Below the pieces are notes generated by a model. The model was not told the origin of the DNA and did not search any database. It was given only the letters and a program-made list of their open reading frames with translations. A DNA stretch of 64,000 bases, from contig NC_087437.1 of NCBI RefSeq assembly GCF_036321535.1, positions 7,502,001-7,566,000 of the forward strand, given 5' to 3'. Position 1 is the first letter of the stretch, and every line of letters begins with the position of its first letter. The stretch is from Camelus dromedarius (Eukaryota). Below, piece by piece: positions 13,498-27,324 of this stretch. Position numbers and translations under genes: made by a program.

Positions 13498-13534
13498 TTT
13501 TTTGTTTTTGTTTTTGTTTTTGTTTTTGTTTTTG
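13498..13534. repeat. (TTTTTG)n microsatellite
   Basis: Hexamer run. Confidence 0.9.
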
Positions 13535-14279
13535 GCTAATCTATAAGAATGGTCAGCTCTTTTACTTATTTCTCTTTTCTTTCTTAATTGTCTATAAAAA
13601 TGAAGTTGGGGAGAGCAGAGGGTGTCATTTTTGAGAGTGACCCTCTCCCACCTCCACCTGAGCCTGAGACGAAGTGACATTGGGCCAAGCTGTGACCTCT
13701 TTGCTGGTTTCAAATTGTTTTCAAAAACCCAACTATCAAACTTTTCTAGGAGTTTCTGGAGTTCTTAGTTCAGTGTTGAGAAAATGAACAACCTTAATGA
13801 GCATACCAATGTCTGTTTACAGGGAATTTTATATATTATCCAGTTTGATTCTTATGACAATTCATGAGCTAACTTGGGTGGTTATTTTTATCCTCATTTT
13901 CCAAATGCAGAACCTGACATCCAGAGAAACTCCTGTTGAAAAGCTTTTATTTAGTAAGCAACAAAGTTCAAGCTTAAAGCCCAACCTACAACTAAAATTT
14001 TAGTTCCCCCTTTTTTTTTAACTGTAATGTAATACCTGAAGTATAAAATAACCTTATTGTATTTGCTCTTTTAATTGCAATCGAAGGCATCCCACATATA
14101 TTTTTAAATAAAAAATGTTTCTTTTTCTAAGTGAGCTACTAACAATATTTGAGGACTGTGACAATATAAGTAAAAGTTCTATTTTGAAATTTAGAAAGCA
14201 AATTTAATGCAAAAATGTTTAGTTATGAAAAGGCTTTGGAAATTATTTATAAAATATTTTACAAATGTTAATTGCATTA

Positions 14280-14325
14280 TATAATAATAATAATAATAAT
14301 AGTAATAATAGTAATAATAATAATA
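14280..14325. repeat. (TAA)n microsatellite
   Basis: Trinucleotide run with two TAG interruptions. Confidence 0.9.
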
Positions 14326-14777
14326 TTAAATGTGAATTGCATTACTTTGTTGACAGGGCTAAATTTCCACTTTAAAGATATGATCCAAAATAAAATGTAA
14401 ATGACAGGTTTTTAAAAGATAAGAAAAAACTTGCCCATAGTTGATGTGCTTTATCAATGAAAATTCAGGAAAGGTCAAAGACTCAGAGTTAATGACACAG
14501 ATGCAGATGTGGCTGAATTCTTGAGTCAAGATAGAGAAGTGAGACCTCTCAAAATATATAATTACGTATCTTCCCACGGAAGTGGGTAACAGTGCTGTCT
14601 ATAAGGAATGAACCCAAATATAAGATTTTCAACACAATACAAAAGAAAGAGCAATGTTGCCTATTTTCAAGGGGAAATACACACTATTCACAGTATAGTA
14701 AATGAAATAGAGTGTCTGGAGGAATATTACCACAGTATCATGAGAAAAGTGTGAGAGGACATGGTGTGGTAAATATT

Positions 14778-14911
14778 AGAGAGAGAGAGAGAGAAAAGGA
14801 GAAGAAGGAAGTAGAGGAGGAAGAAAGGGAGGGAGGAGGGAGGAAAGAAGGGAGAAAGAGGAAGGAAGAAGGAAAAAGAAGAAAAGAGAGAAAAAAGAAT
14901 GGAAGGAGAAA
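14778..14911. repeat. Polypurine (GA-rich) low-complexity tract
   Basis: About 130 nt almost exclusively A/G. Confidence 0.9.
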
Positions 14912-14941
14912 CCCTTTTAAAAGGTAGATTAAGAATCTGGT

Positions 14942-15119
14942 ATGTCCTATGGTATAGCACAGACTATTGAACTATATTCAATATCCTGTAATAAACCATG
15001 ATGGGAAAGAACATGAAAAAGAATATATATATGTGTATGTATAACTGAATCATTTTGCTGTACATCAGAAACTAACACAACTATAAATCAACTATACTTT
15101 AATAGAATTTATTTTAAAA
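14942..15119 (+). mobile_element. Short 5'-truncated LINE-1 3' end with intact TSD
   Basis: tatagcacag...ataactgaatcattttgctgtac...aaatcaactatac. TSD aagaatctggt at 14931-14941 and 15120-15130. Confidence 0.85.
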
Positions 15120-15519
15120 AAGAATCTGGTCTGGAAACAAGCAAGAAGGCAAATTAAAAGACTGAAAGATAATCCCTGAAAGGGCTTTATATCATAGCAG
15201 AACTTAAAATGAGCAAGAATTAAGTAAAACAAGAACTCAGATATTAAATAATGAAACCATATAAGGTCTAAGAAATATTATGGAGTTAAGAAAATAAAGA
15301 TTAAAACATCATTAGGGAATTAATAAATATGTTAGAAATAGCAAACAATAATGGTAATAACGTTAACATTCAGATAGCAGTGATTGTCAGGCACTTTTCT
15401 AAATAAAACATACACACATATTTATACACACACACACTGAATCCTTAGAATGACACAATATGTTACACCAAACCTGGCAGCATAAACAAAAATTAATTTG
15501 ACACGGATCAGAGTCGAAA

Positions 15520-18340
15520 ATGTGGAAGATATAACAACAAAGTTTCCAGAGGAAAATAGAACAGGGTATCTTTATAAACTCAGAGTAGACAAAGATTTCT
15601 ATACCAAAAGCCTTAACTAGAAAAGAGTGATAAATTAGACTTTATGAAAGTTAAGTGTTTCTGTTCATCATATAGGGAGTGAAAAGCAAGACACAAATTG
15701 GGAGAAGACATTCACAATGAAAATTGGAATGCATATCTTTTCAGATTCATGCTTTTATTTTCTTTGGGTAAGTACTCAGAAGTGAAATTGCTGGATCATA
15801 TGGTAGTTCTATTTTTAATTTTTGAGGGACCACTATACTTTCTCATGGTGGCTGCACCAATTTACATTCTCAGTGACAGTGCAGGAGAGTTCCCTTTTCT
15901 TCACGTCCTCACCAACATTTGTAATTTGTTGCCTTTCTGATAATCATTCTGACAGCTGTGAGGTGATATTTCATTGTGCATCCTTTGTTAGATTTATCCC
16001 TGGGTTCCTTATACTTTTATCCATTAATGTTGTAAAATACTGTCATTGATTCTCTAATTTAAATGTAGTTTGTACACCCAGGATGAACTTAACTTGGTTG
16101 TGATGTATCTTTGCTGTACATTGTTGGAATTGACTTGCTAATATTTCAGTTAGGATATATTCATACATATTAGTGAACTTCTTATGGCATCTATCTTTTA
16201 AATGGAGGCCTCGCTTCTCGGTTAGTGATTAGTAGGTGTACATGTGTTCTGCTGTGTCAAATGATGTAATTTACATTGATAGTTACCCTTTAGTGGGTGC
16301 CAGCCCTTGAGCTACACTAAAGCTCTTCTCTTTTCTAATTTACTCCTTTCTCCCCTGGAGTCCATCACTGTAGACTCACTGTGCCTTGAGAGGTGTTTAA
16401 TTTGGACAAGTTATCACAGCCATGGCAGCTCCATGTAGTTCACTGTAGGGTCAAGAAGTGGGAATTAATTATCAAAAGTGGCACAGGGCTATGGGATGGC
16501 TGGTTTTACTCTATCCCATGCCACTAGGCTGGTCTTGTGGACTCATGCCTGAGGACATATAGAATTGACACATTCACATAATCATGAAGACAGCACAGAG
16601 TTATACAAAAGGAAAATACTTAGTAACAACTCAGCATCAAACAAAAAAAAAAAACCTCGATTAAAAAGTGGGCAAAGGACCTAAATAAGACATACAGATG
16701 GCCAGCAGACACATGAAAAGATACTCAATGTCACTAATCACTAGGAAAACCATACCATGTTCATGGATAGGAAAGAGCAATATTATGCAAATAACCATTT
16801 TTCTTAAATTGATCTTTAGTTCAGGGCAATTCTAATAAAATTTCCAACAGCATTTTTGTTGACCTTGACAAACAAATTTTAAATATAGATGAAAAAACAA
16901 AAGTCCAAGAATACATATGATACTATTAACATGGAGAATAGAAGGAGAGGTTTATATCACTTGTTATAAAACCACAGAAGTAAAGACAATGCGGTATTTG
17001 GGGAGCTATAAATGCACAGGGAAATGGAAGTGAATCCAAGAAACAAAATAATACAAAAATAGAAGCTTATTTTATGATAGAGCTGGCATTTCTCATCAGT
17101 GGTTAAACTAATCAAAAGTTGAACTGGAATAATTGCTTATTTATATGGAAAAAAATAAAATCAATTCAAAGCATGTTAAGGGCTTACATTTCAAACTGAA
17201 AATTTTTAGTGCTTACAGAAGACAGAGTAAAAATGCTTTATAATCCCAGTATTAAAAAAGTATTCAAAAAAACATACAAATGATGTGAATATCAAGAACG
17301 TTAAGGAAATTTTACATTAAAATTAAATACTTTTTCATGAAAAGACCTTATAAAGAAATGAAAAGACAGGCCAAAAGCAAAGATAAGATAATATAACACT
17401 TAGCACTGACAAAGGTTTTAATATCCAGACTTTATGAAGAATTCCTTACAATATAGGAGGAAAAAAGACAAACAACCCAACAGAAAAATAGGCAAAATTA
17501 CTGAACTGTCTTTCACAGAAGAGCCCACATGAATGGAAATAGACATGAAATGATGGTCATCTTACTAATAATTAGGGAAATGCAAATTAAATCCACTATG
17601 AAATATACTTTTACTTGACATAATTGGCAGAAATTTTAAAATATGACAATACCATCTGTTTCTGAGGCTGTGGTGCAGCAGGGGACCATTTTCACTACTC
17701 TTGGGCACATATATTTCTACTCTTATTTTGGAAAACAATTAGACATTATTTATTACATTTGAAGATGTGCACCACTGATTACCCAGAAAATTCTTCTCCA
17801 GGGAAAACCCAAACACAAACATCTGTTTACATAGATGCACACAAGTGATCACAGCAGCATTGCTTTTAGTAAAATACTACAAACAACTCAAATGTTCATC
17901 CAGAGAACAAACAGATTTATACGAAGGAATGCCATACAGCAGTGAGATGACTGAACTCCAAGTATATGAATTAAGATGGAAAACTTACAATAAAAGTTTT
18001 AACTGGAAGAACAAGTTTCAGAATAAGACATACGATATCCTTCTAGGAAAGTTCAAACTTATGCAAAACAAAATAATGCATTTTAATTAGAAATCCATAT
18101 GTGGAAAGCTAGAAAGAAATGCATGGTGATGATATGAACAATGTTCTAAATAGTTTTCACACGCGGGTATGAGGTAAGGTGTGACTTGGGCAAACAGAAT
18201 CTTCACATACAACGGGTGACGTACCATTTCTTAACCAGCATGGTGGGTACATAGGTTTCATTTATCACTATTCTTTACGTGTTTAATATGTAATCTGTGT
18301 GTGTGAAATATTTCATAAAAACAAAAGCAAACAATAAATA
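15520..18340. mobile_element. Cluster of nested degraded LINE-1 fragments (plus 15520-15715, minus ~15716-16190, plus ~16600-18340)
   Basis: L1 ORF2 and 3'UTR motifs in both orientations (e.g. ttgctggatcatatggtagttctatttt; acatgaaaagatactcaatgtcactaatca). Confidence 0.75.
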
Positions 18341-19129
18341 ACAACAAAAGAGTAAGAATTTCTCATACAGAACTGCCATGCTCTATAGATAAGATGGCTT
18401 TCAAAAGAACTCATGTTTTAACAACTGTTATAACCTCCTCTGGCGATAAATCATGGCTCCTGATGTCACTTGACTGCAACCACCCCTTTCTCACTGAGTA
18501 TACTGGAGAGGCAGAGTTGTATGTCTACCCCACCTCCCCAACAGATTTCTGTTAGAACATTAACGCTAAAAGTAAGCACCATCTCCAGACAGGTTGATTT
18601 CTCATAGGAATTTTCAAAGCACAGTATGCGCCTTTCTTTTGTGGAAAAAATATAAATCACATCTAGCAATGGAAAATTCAGGACCTTAATAAATAGTAAA
18701 TAGAATAATAATATTGTTAAACCTGCATGTCACTATATTCAAGGTAGGCAAACTTCTAAGTGTTTCTAATATTTACTCATTTGTTTTTACAGAAACCCAA
18801 GGAATTGTTATACCCATTTTACAGCTGAGGAAACTATGTTTTCTGAAAATTATCCACACAGTTTTTATTTCAACTTTTTCTTCTAAAAGAAAGAAGGATG
18901 CTCCCAGGACTGGTGCCCAGGGACTCCAGCCTGTAAACCGGGTTCTCCAAGAAACTTAGTGCTGATTGGAAAACATCCCACTGCCTGTTGTCTGCTCCTT
19001 CTGTGTCTCTCCAGCCCTCACCTTAATCACTGACAACCTCATGCATCTGAATTCAATCCCTTTTTACTCTGTTCCCTTGTCTTTCATCCCAGGGTACCCA
19101 CTTTATTCCTGTGTTTCAGACAACAAATA

Positions 19130-20090
19130 AATTACAAAAACTAATCTCCAGATATGTAACAAAGGAATGGTTCAGAACAATAGGGAAAAGATACTAATTT
19201 CAATAAATATTTCTGGGTCTATTGAATAATATATTTCTGCCTTTGGAGGATACAGAAATGCCTCGAACATGGTGCAAAAAGCTCTAACCATAAAAGAAAC
19301 AATAAATTAGTATGTATTAAAATTAAGAGCATCTATTTATCAAAAGACACCAAGTAGAAAGCAAAAGGCAAGACCTTGACTGAAAGAAGAGGTTTGGATT
19401 ACATGCATCAAACAAATAATTCTTATCTTGAACACAAATATTTCCTACAAATTAATAACAAAATCACAGATAATCCAGTAGAAAAACGTGCTAAAGAGTT
19501 AAAAGGACACTTCACAAAAGAAGATATACAAATGTCCAGCAAACACTGAAAAAAGATTCACTGCATTAATTATAGTGAAATGTAAATAAAACCACAATGA
19601 GATGCTATACACATCCCCTAGAATTGCTAAAATGAAAAAGACAGACACCAGCAAGTTTTGATCAGGGTGTAGAGTGATCAGAACGCTTATACCCAGTTTG
19701 TGGAAGTACAAGTTAGTAACACTACTTTGGAAATTGTCAGTATTCATTAAGCTTAATATATAAAGACTTTATGATCCAGCGTTTCCACTCCTACCAATAG
19801 ATGTATGCATAAATGTACAAACGTCATGTACCAGAATGTTCATAGCAGGGATATTTTTAATAGCCTGAAATAATAAAAACAAAACTCCCAAATGGTTATC
19901 AAAAGTTAGAGTTATCACATGATCCAGCTATCCCACTCCTGGGCACATATCCAGAAAAGATGAAAACACTAATTTGAAAAGATACATGCACCCCATGTTC
20001 ACAGAAGCGCTATGTACAATAGCCAAGCCAAACGCCAACCTAAACGTTCATCGACAAATGGCTGGATAAAGAAGGTGTGGTCTATATATC
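19130..20090 (+). mobile_element. Degraded LINE-1 ORF2 3' fragments (old copy plus a younger piece at ~19905-20090)
   Basis: aaaaccacaatgagatgc...; atgatccagctatcccactcctgggc. Confidence 0.75.
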
Positions 20091-21919
20091 CCACTTCCAA
20101 ACTACTCAATCAGAAACTCCAGGGGCGAGGCCCGGTGATCTGTGTTAATGTCTGGGGACCACTGGGGACCACTGGTATGGACCATCTACCCCACTTGCTT
20201 TTAACTCTCTTACTGGCAAGAATGTGCCCAAGTATCCCGCCTCTTCGCACAGGCCTCTCCAAACTGATAACCCTATTTGATAAGCAGAACAGAATTGCTC
20301 TGAATTGCTCTGTCCTCTGTGTTTTTAGGGTACTTCGGACACATGTATGACTCTCCACTAGAGCACATATCATGTTTTCTAAAATGACAGTGTTCTGCCC
20401 ACTTCCATCTATTTCAGTTTAACTCATATCTTTCACTGCAGTGAAAAGGGTAACAGAGAAGCCTTCTTCTGCTGACAGAGTTGGCCCAGTAAGTCCTGCA
20501 TGTTGAAGTGAGCTACAGAGAAAGACAGCTTGAAAGACCCCGTCCTGAAATTTCCATGCATGTCTCTTCTTCGATTCTTGACCCTCAGGAGACACACAAC
20601 ACAATAAAGCAGTTATTACGACCAGAAAGAAGCTGATGAGCTGGAGAAGGTTAAAAAGCAGATCAGTGATCGGTGTGAAAGCTGAACCGTTGCCCTCTTG
20701 CTGAATTGACATACACTGCCTTTTCTTAATTAAGCAGGCTTCTTGCCTCTGTCGCTCCGAAGGCGGCAGACCTCAGTGCTTCTCTCATTTGTTGGGCTGC
20801 GTATACTCACTTTCAAGGAATCCTTTTCCCTGAAAGTTTAGAAGCTTCTGAACCAGACATGGGTGCAAACAGATTCACACTGTCTCGGTGGAATACCTCC
20901 TTGATTATAAATTAGATACTTGGGGGACTGCAGAATTCTCTTTAGCTAGTTGAGTCTAATTAGAAATTTACTGCTCTAGCAAACCAAAAACAATTTTTAA
21001 AAGTACATACTAAGGATGCAAATTCTGGGAGAATGCAAGTCAGTTTCCATTCTGTGTTGATAAACCATAGCTGGATATTTGGAGCCGTATCACAGAGCTC
21101 TGCAAATCAATTCATTCCTATTTTTGTTTTCTTGTATGGGGATTAGCTCCATGAAATGCTTTTCATGCTCTTGGGCTTTAGTGTGGTGGCCAATTAGAAA
21201 GATTTCCCTTGCAGTCAGTGCTTTTGAAAAATTGAGTAAATTCTTTTCGTGGTTCTTCCCTTGGTATTTTCAAGAAAATGTAATGCCTTCTTCTTCTTGA
21301 CACCCATGACTTTGACATTTATTGATAATGAAAGAGAGTGAGTCCAACTGATAACGGACAACTAAGGAAGGAAACTATAAGGTATTCCTAAAATAGTTGC
21401 CATCTGTCACGTAATTATGCTATTGTATACTGCTCCAGATGGAAGAAATAAGCATTTCTCATTGCTTCTGTCCACTTTTCCTACGTATAATTTTTATTAA
21501 ATATTTTGTAAATAAATAAGAAAAGGACATTTTCCCAAGACACTGTTTCTAAAAGTAATAATAAAATTATGCATGTCTATTTCAGATCATTAGAAAATAA
21601 AAAGGCATAATGAAAAGCCACAATCACACATGATCCCACATCAACTGTTAATATTTTTGTGATGAATTTTCCAGTCATTTATCCATGTGTAGGCTTAATT
21701 TTTTTTCAGGTTTGGGATTGTAACGCACGATGCTGTTTTAATAGTGCTTTATTTAGTTACTATATCTTGAGCATTTATTGATATCTTTCACATTTTAAAC
21801 ATTTTACAAAGTGGTCTTTTGGTTTTCCCCTTTCTTTTAATTTTCTTTCATAATAATGACCTTCAAATTATCCAAAAGTTATTTTGATTCCAGAAATTCC
21901 TCAGATAGAAAAGCCCTAG

Positions 21920-22237
21920 CCCAGCAATACCCACGAGAAAACACAGGCCACGTGCACAATTTAGAATGTTTTAGTAACTACATTAAAAAAAAGCCAAAAG
22001 AAAGCTGAAATTATTAACAATATTCTTTTATTCAACACAGTATATCCCCTCAAATCACCATTTTAAGAGTCAGTCGACACAAATGTTAACGAGCTATTTC
22101 ACGTTATTTTCTTCACTCTACGTCTTTGAAATCTGGTGTAGGTCACACACACAGCACACCTTCACAAGGGTCAGTCCTGTGTCAAGTGCCCGGTGGCCGC
22201 GCGTGGCCAGGAGCTGCCATATTGGATTGTGCAGCTC
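21920..22237. mobile_element. MER33-like hAT-Charlie DNA transposon
   Basis: Colinear with the recalled MER33 consensus (tagtaactacattaaaaaa...gtctttgaaatctggtgt...ccatattgga). Confidence 0.7.
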
Positions 22238-24859
22238 CACATCGTCTGCGTTGTTTACTTGACTATAGCAGATAACATGCAAACAAAATATTTAAACTAG
22301 TACACGACGACGTTATGATTATCTTTCCCTGGCTCCTCTTTCACATTTTTTTTTCCTCTTTTCTATCACATTTTCCCAAGGATTCTAAGAGAAGTTTCAT
22401 GTAAAAATTCCCAGTGATCTGGAGGTGACAGCTCCTTAGATACCTTCCAACAGACCCTATCCCAGTGGCTTCCACCCTCACCCCCATCCCCAGCTGCCCA
22501 GGCTTCTGTACGGTGGCCCTGAACCAGCCACCTTGTGCCCGTGTTCTACAGAACCTCCTCTGTCTCTGTGCCTCATTCTCCCAACTCGTGCTTCCTTGGT
22601 GCTTATGTTTCTAGGGGGTATTTTCTGGTTACTACAGTCATTGCCCCTTCTTATACCAGGCAATTGTGCAGCCTGTCCTCTGACAGCTGTCTTCACCGCA
22701 GGGTCTGGGAATCACTGGGTTCCCAAGGGGTACCTGGCCACGTAGATATCTTTAAGAGAATCAATTTCCATATGTAGTCTCATCTAAAATTAACCTACTT
22801 GGGAATACTTCATACATGCTACTTTCTCACTTCCCCTTTTACACCCTCCCCTCCACACTGCCTAAACACACCTCGCATCTGCTGCTGTGCCCAACAGGGA
22901 AACTCCTCTGCTGCACACGACAAAGAATTGTTTCCCAGCATCGGCACAGGTGCCAGGAAGGGATACCTAAGGTAGCAAACCCTGTCTCAGGTTAGGTGCT
23001 TTCTAATTCTCTGCTTTTTGCAACTTGTCTGAGTTATCAGCATGCAGATTATGAAACATAATTTTTGATTTCAATCACTAAGTAATTTTTGTTATATAGC
23101 TTGGAAGAGCTGTCAAAGAGTCGAAGGGTCGTTGCTAGTAACATAACTCGTCATTCTCATCTGTTTATGCAAACATGTTTTCATCAGAAAAATAATATTA
23201 AATAGTAATACAACTGACACTAAACCCTGTGCTTAAAAAAAATAAGTATAATTTATCCCCCATGCCTGGAGAAAATCCCTTTTCATCTCCTTAAGAAGTG
23301 CAATAAATTTCTCCTTTTTATGCTGATTATTTATTAACATTTGTAATGGATCTGTGTCACTTTTATTAGTTATGTATTAATAATAACTGTAAAGAAACTC
23401 AACCTGGAACCTTACTGTCATAAGAAATAAAATATTTAAATTTCAATTTATGTGCACCATTTTGTTGCAGAGAATTTTGATGGTGTGATCAATTCGAGCC
23501 TTTCAAATATAAAATATCTTTTAAGATAAAATCCTGTGGAGGAAGTAAAATGGAAATAGGAATTCAAGGAAAGATGAATTTAATGCAAAAAAAGAAATAT
23601 GTAAAGATTTCCTACTGTTAAAGAAAATCTTGCGTATACCTGCTTTAGAAAGGACAGGAGTGGATGTCAAATGGCTCCTGTACTCAGGTTGGATTTGTTG
23701 CACGTAAAAGAGAGGTATCAAATTTTCATTAGGCTAGAAATTACATCCTTTAAACTTATTTAAATGTATGACAAAATTTCTTTAGAGATGAAGTGAAAAC
23801 GTGTGGTGTGACACACTTTAAAAAAAAAAATGAGATAGTAACATAAAAACTTTGCAGACCTGCTGAAACTAGCTCAGCTCCCCTGCCTCTGATCCTCAGG
23901 GAGACCCCCTGAGCAAGACCTTTAAGACTTCATCTCAGTCTCCACTTAGAATAATATTATAATATCATAATATTGATGACATGGAGAAAGATTACTTACC
24001 TGGCAGTGTTGTAGAATGAGATAACTTACAGAAAAGCCTTCTGTAAACTATGAAGCACTGAGGATATGTTTGTCATGAACGAATTTTTTCATCCATGAAT
24101 TCCTTTAAGCAAAACTATTTCTTGAGCCTCTATTCTGTGACAGGAGCTCTTAGGTTTTGCAGATACAGGGATGCAATGAAAAGGGGAGATTCGTGTTTTT
24201 ATAAACCTTACATTTTCATAGGACTGGCGGAATGCCCGGGTAAGCCAGTGAATGAAACATGATCATTCATTGTAGGTAGCGATAAGGGTTAGGCAATAAT
24301 GCCAGGTGTTTCAGCTGTTGCTGAGTTTCCATCTCATAGTTTGGGAAAGGAAGAAAGCATCACTTTTCATTACACGAACACCTTTCTTGATGTTTAGCAC
24401 AGCCGAAGACCTCACAATGGTTTACACCCCCCCCCACCCCCGGCCTCTCCCACCACCGCCATTGCCTCCTCCACGCTCCACTCTGCCCACTGTGTTCCAG
24501 CCACTGTGACGTCTTGCCTGAACCCCGGCCAGTCCAGGCAGGCTCCTGCCTTCAGCGTTTGTACGAGCTGTGTCCTTTCTCTGGAATGTTCTTTCCTGGT
24601 GCGTACATGGATAGCTCCCCACACAGTTCCATTTTTCCATAGGATTTACCACATACTAACAAACGATACCATTTCCATATTTATTATTTCTGTCTGCTCC
24701 TTCTAGAACGTCAGGCCCACAAAGGGACGGGTCCCTGGAATCCTGCCTCCGTGGTGCCGTCCAATCGCGAATCACAGTTGAATTTGACTGCAGTGTCCCC
24801 CACGGGATGCCGTGTTATCGCTACTCATTTAATCCCAGCAACCGCCACACCAGATGGAT

Positions 24860-25300
24860 TCTCTCTCTGTGTCGGTGATCTGCTGCTCCCTGGCACGCCA
24901 CTCCAAAATGAGGTGGGTGGATGTACAACAACTGGTGATCGTTTCTCACTGTGAGGTGGGTCACCAATTCAGGAGTGTCTCGCTGCGGGGCTCCCGCGCT
25001 GCGTGGGGGTCACACGCCCATCTGGCCTCAGCTGCTGGCGGGGCTGGGCTGGAAGACCCACGGAGACCCCACTCAGGATCAGGGGCCTCTGCGTCCCTTC
25101 CTGCAGCCTCTGCCACGACGTGGTTTTTCCTCCCCCGAATCGTCTCACCTGAGTTTCTTTAGAGCGTGGCAGTTGGCTTTCCTGAGCAGAAGGACTAGGC
25201 TTCTTAAGGTTCCTGACTGGAACTGGCCCAAAGCCATTTCCTCTCCAATCTCTTGGTAAAAGGAATTCACGAGGCTGGCTTCCCCTCTGGGGGATGGGGA
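24860..25300 (-). mobile_element. MaLR (MLT1-like) LTR, unusually CpG-rich
   Basis: MLT1-type motifs (gcagttggctttcctgagc...ggcttcttaagg...ctggaactggc...ccatttcctctccaatctcttggtaaaag). Confidence 0.55.
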
Positions 25301-25361
25301 GTGGAATTTCGCTCTTCATGGTTGGAGCCGCGTGGACCCAGAGAGAGAGAAGGGAGTGATG

Positions 25362-25379
25362 GCAGCGCCCTCTGGCGAC
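25362..25379 (-). promoter_or_regulatory. CTCF binding motif
   Basis: The minus strand reads GTCGCCAGAGGGCGCTGC, close to the CCACCAGGGGGCGC core, in CpG-retaining context. Confidence 0.6.
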
Positions 25380-27324
25380 TATCGACGGCAACTGTTCTCA
25401 TTTCCCAGATGAGGAAATCCAAACTCGGGGAGAGTGGGTGGACAAATTAATAAAGGCAGAGAGGTGAGGTGAGTCAAATCTAGGTTTCAAGGACTCCGGA
25501 GCCTTCTTCCTTCAGCACTCTGCCTTACAGCCTCTAGAAGAGTGGCTTCTACCCCAGCAGAGAGGAGGTCTGGACCTCAGAAGACAGATGCTTAGACGGC
25601 TGGAAGGCAGGCACACTGGGGAGGCAAGGAGTAAGTGTTCCGGGACCCTATCCATGATTCAGTTGAAATAATTCAACCTCAAGTTACCTTATCCACTGAG
25701 CTTGCACAAAATTTGATCTGAAGAAGAGATTCCACTTATTTAGGGCACTGCCATAGAATACAAATACAAAAAACAAAACAAAGAATACAAAAACAAAATA
25801 TCAGAAGCAAAAATGAGTTTATATTTCTATGAGTTAAAATCTCTAACAGATTCTGAAAAAAAATGTAACTTTCTTTTGATGTTGATTGTTAGCCTTCTTA
25901 TTTTGTTTATAAAGATGAATTTGAAAGAGATAACACTTCACCACTTCAAAGAGGAAGTTTACACATAACACTAGTATTTTGAGGAAGGCTTCTTTTGAGC
26001 TCTTTTTAAATGTTGCAATATGTGATGTATCCAGTTTCAAACCAATAGTGAAACTGTACCTTTCTGCTGTGTTCTTTACAGGCATATAATATGGGGAGCA
26101 ATTTTCCATACAGTTGATGGTACATTACATTACAGTTCTGTTACATTACAATTTTGTGCAAGCTTGGCACAATACTTTTGTAAATTCTGATAACTCTGTT
26201 TCTTCATAATTTGCAAATAATGGAGGAGGGAAAGGTGAACAGTCACACTCCCATGTTTCATTCAGAGGAATACTCTTTTTTTTCTTTTATACACTACATT
26301 TTTGTACAAGATTATGTTTGAAGAAAGGTAGTTGCTGCCAAAGAAGAATTCAAGTTCAAAGCTGTCTCAATGAATGACCTCCAAGCCATGGAGTTCAACT
26401 CCAAAGTCTCTGGTTTTCTAGCCACCAAGTAATTCATTTGCCAAAGTGCACATCAAATATCTCCTTGGAGGGGTTACAGGATTAGATAATTTTATGAGCA
26501 TTTTTGGCAAGGATGATATTAATTGGACATAGATGCAACAGAAGATAGAATGAACAACTTCCCTCCATGTGCTGCTGAGGGTGTACATATTTTGCCCTGG
26601 TATAATAAATTCATTCACGACTTCTTGAAGGTAGTTAAGATGCCCACCGTTTCTCTAGAAAAACTGTTTAACTTTCCAGAAAACTTCTCTAGATGAGAAA
26701 TGCATAGACTTTTCTATCAAGACATCAGTGGAGGACCAGAGTAACGGGCTTAGTGCTCACCAGGAACCACAAGGTCCTAACTTCCCCATACCCACAAGCT
26801 CAAGTTTAATTCAGAATCCATTCCACTTGCTTGCCTAGCTTCACTTTGTTTGCATCCAAATCCTGCTTTCGATATGTAATTTTAATGAGTTGCTCTTTTC
26901 AGGGAACAATTCATTTTTATTCCTAAAGTAGCAACCTGAGAAACCAGGAATGACTCGAATCCCTCCTGGATTGGAAAAAAGCTCATTGGAAACTCATCGC
27001 ACGTTGTGAGTGTTGGAAACCATCAGGCACTGTCGAGTCAGTAAAGAAAATATTAAGTGACTCTAGAACTGGTTTGACTTTGGCAGCTGATACATATTGG
27101 ATCTAGAAAATATAGAGCATTTTCTGTAATCAAAATGGATCATTTCCTACATCCCATTGGTGGTCTCTTCCACTATTTGAACAAACAGATGGATACTGAA
27201 GTTCTAGCAGACAGATAAACTTTGGTCTCAAGGCAAAACCAATACATAAATGACTTCAAGAAATGTAGTTCAGAAGCTATGCATGTTCTGTGTTCACAAA
27301 TTCGAAAATGAGTGCTAAAATCTA

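Noticed and set aside
14712..14960. Charged (E/K/R-rich) and hydrophobic ORFs
   Set aside because: They are translations of a polypurine low-complexity tract.
23993..24006. TACTTACCTGGCAG, identical to the 5' end of U1 snRNA
   Set aside because: The match stops after 14 nt and lies in MIR-like sequence, so it is not an snRNA gene or pseudogene.
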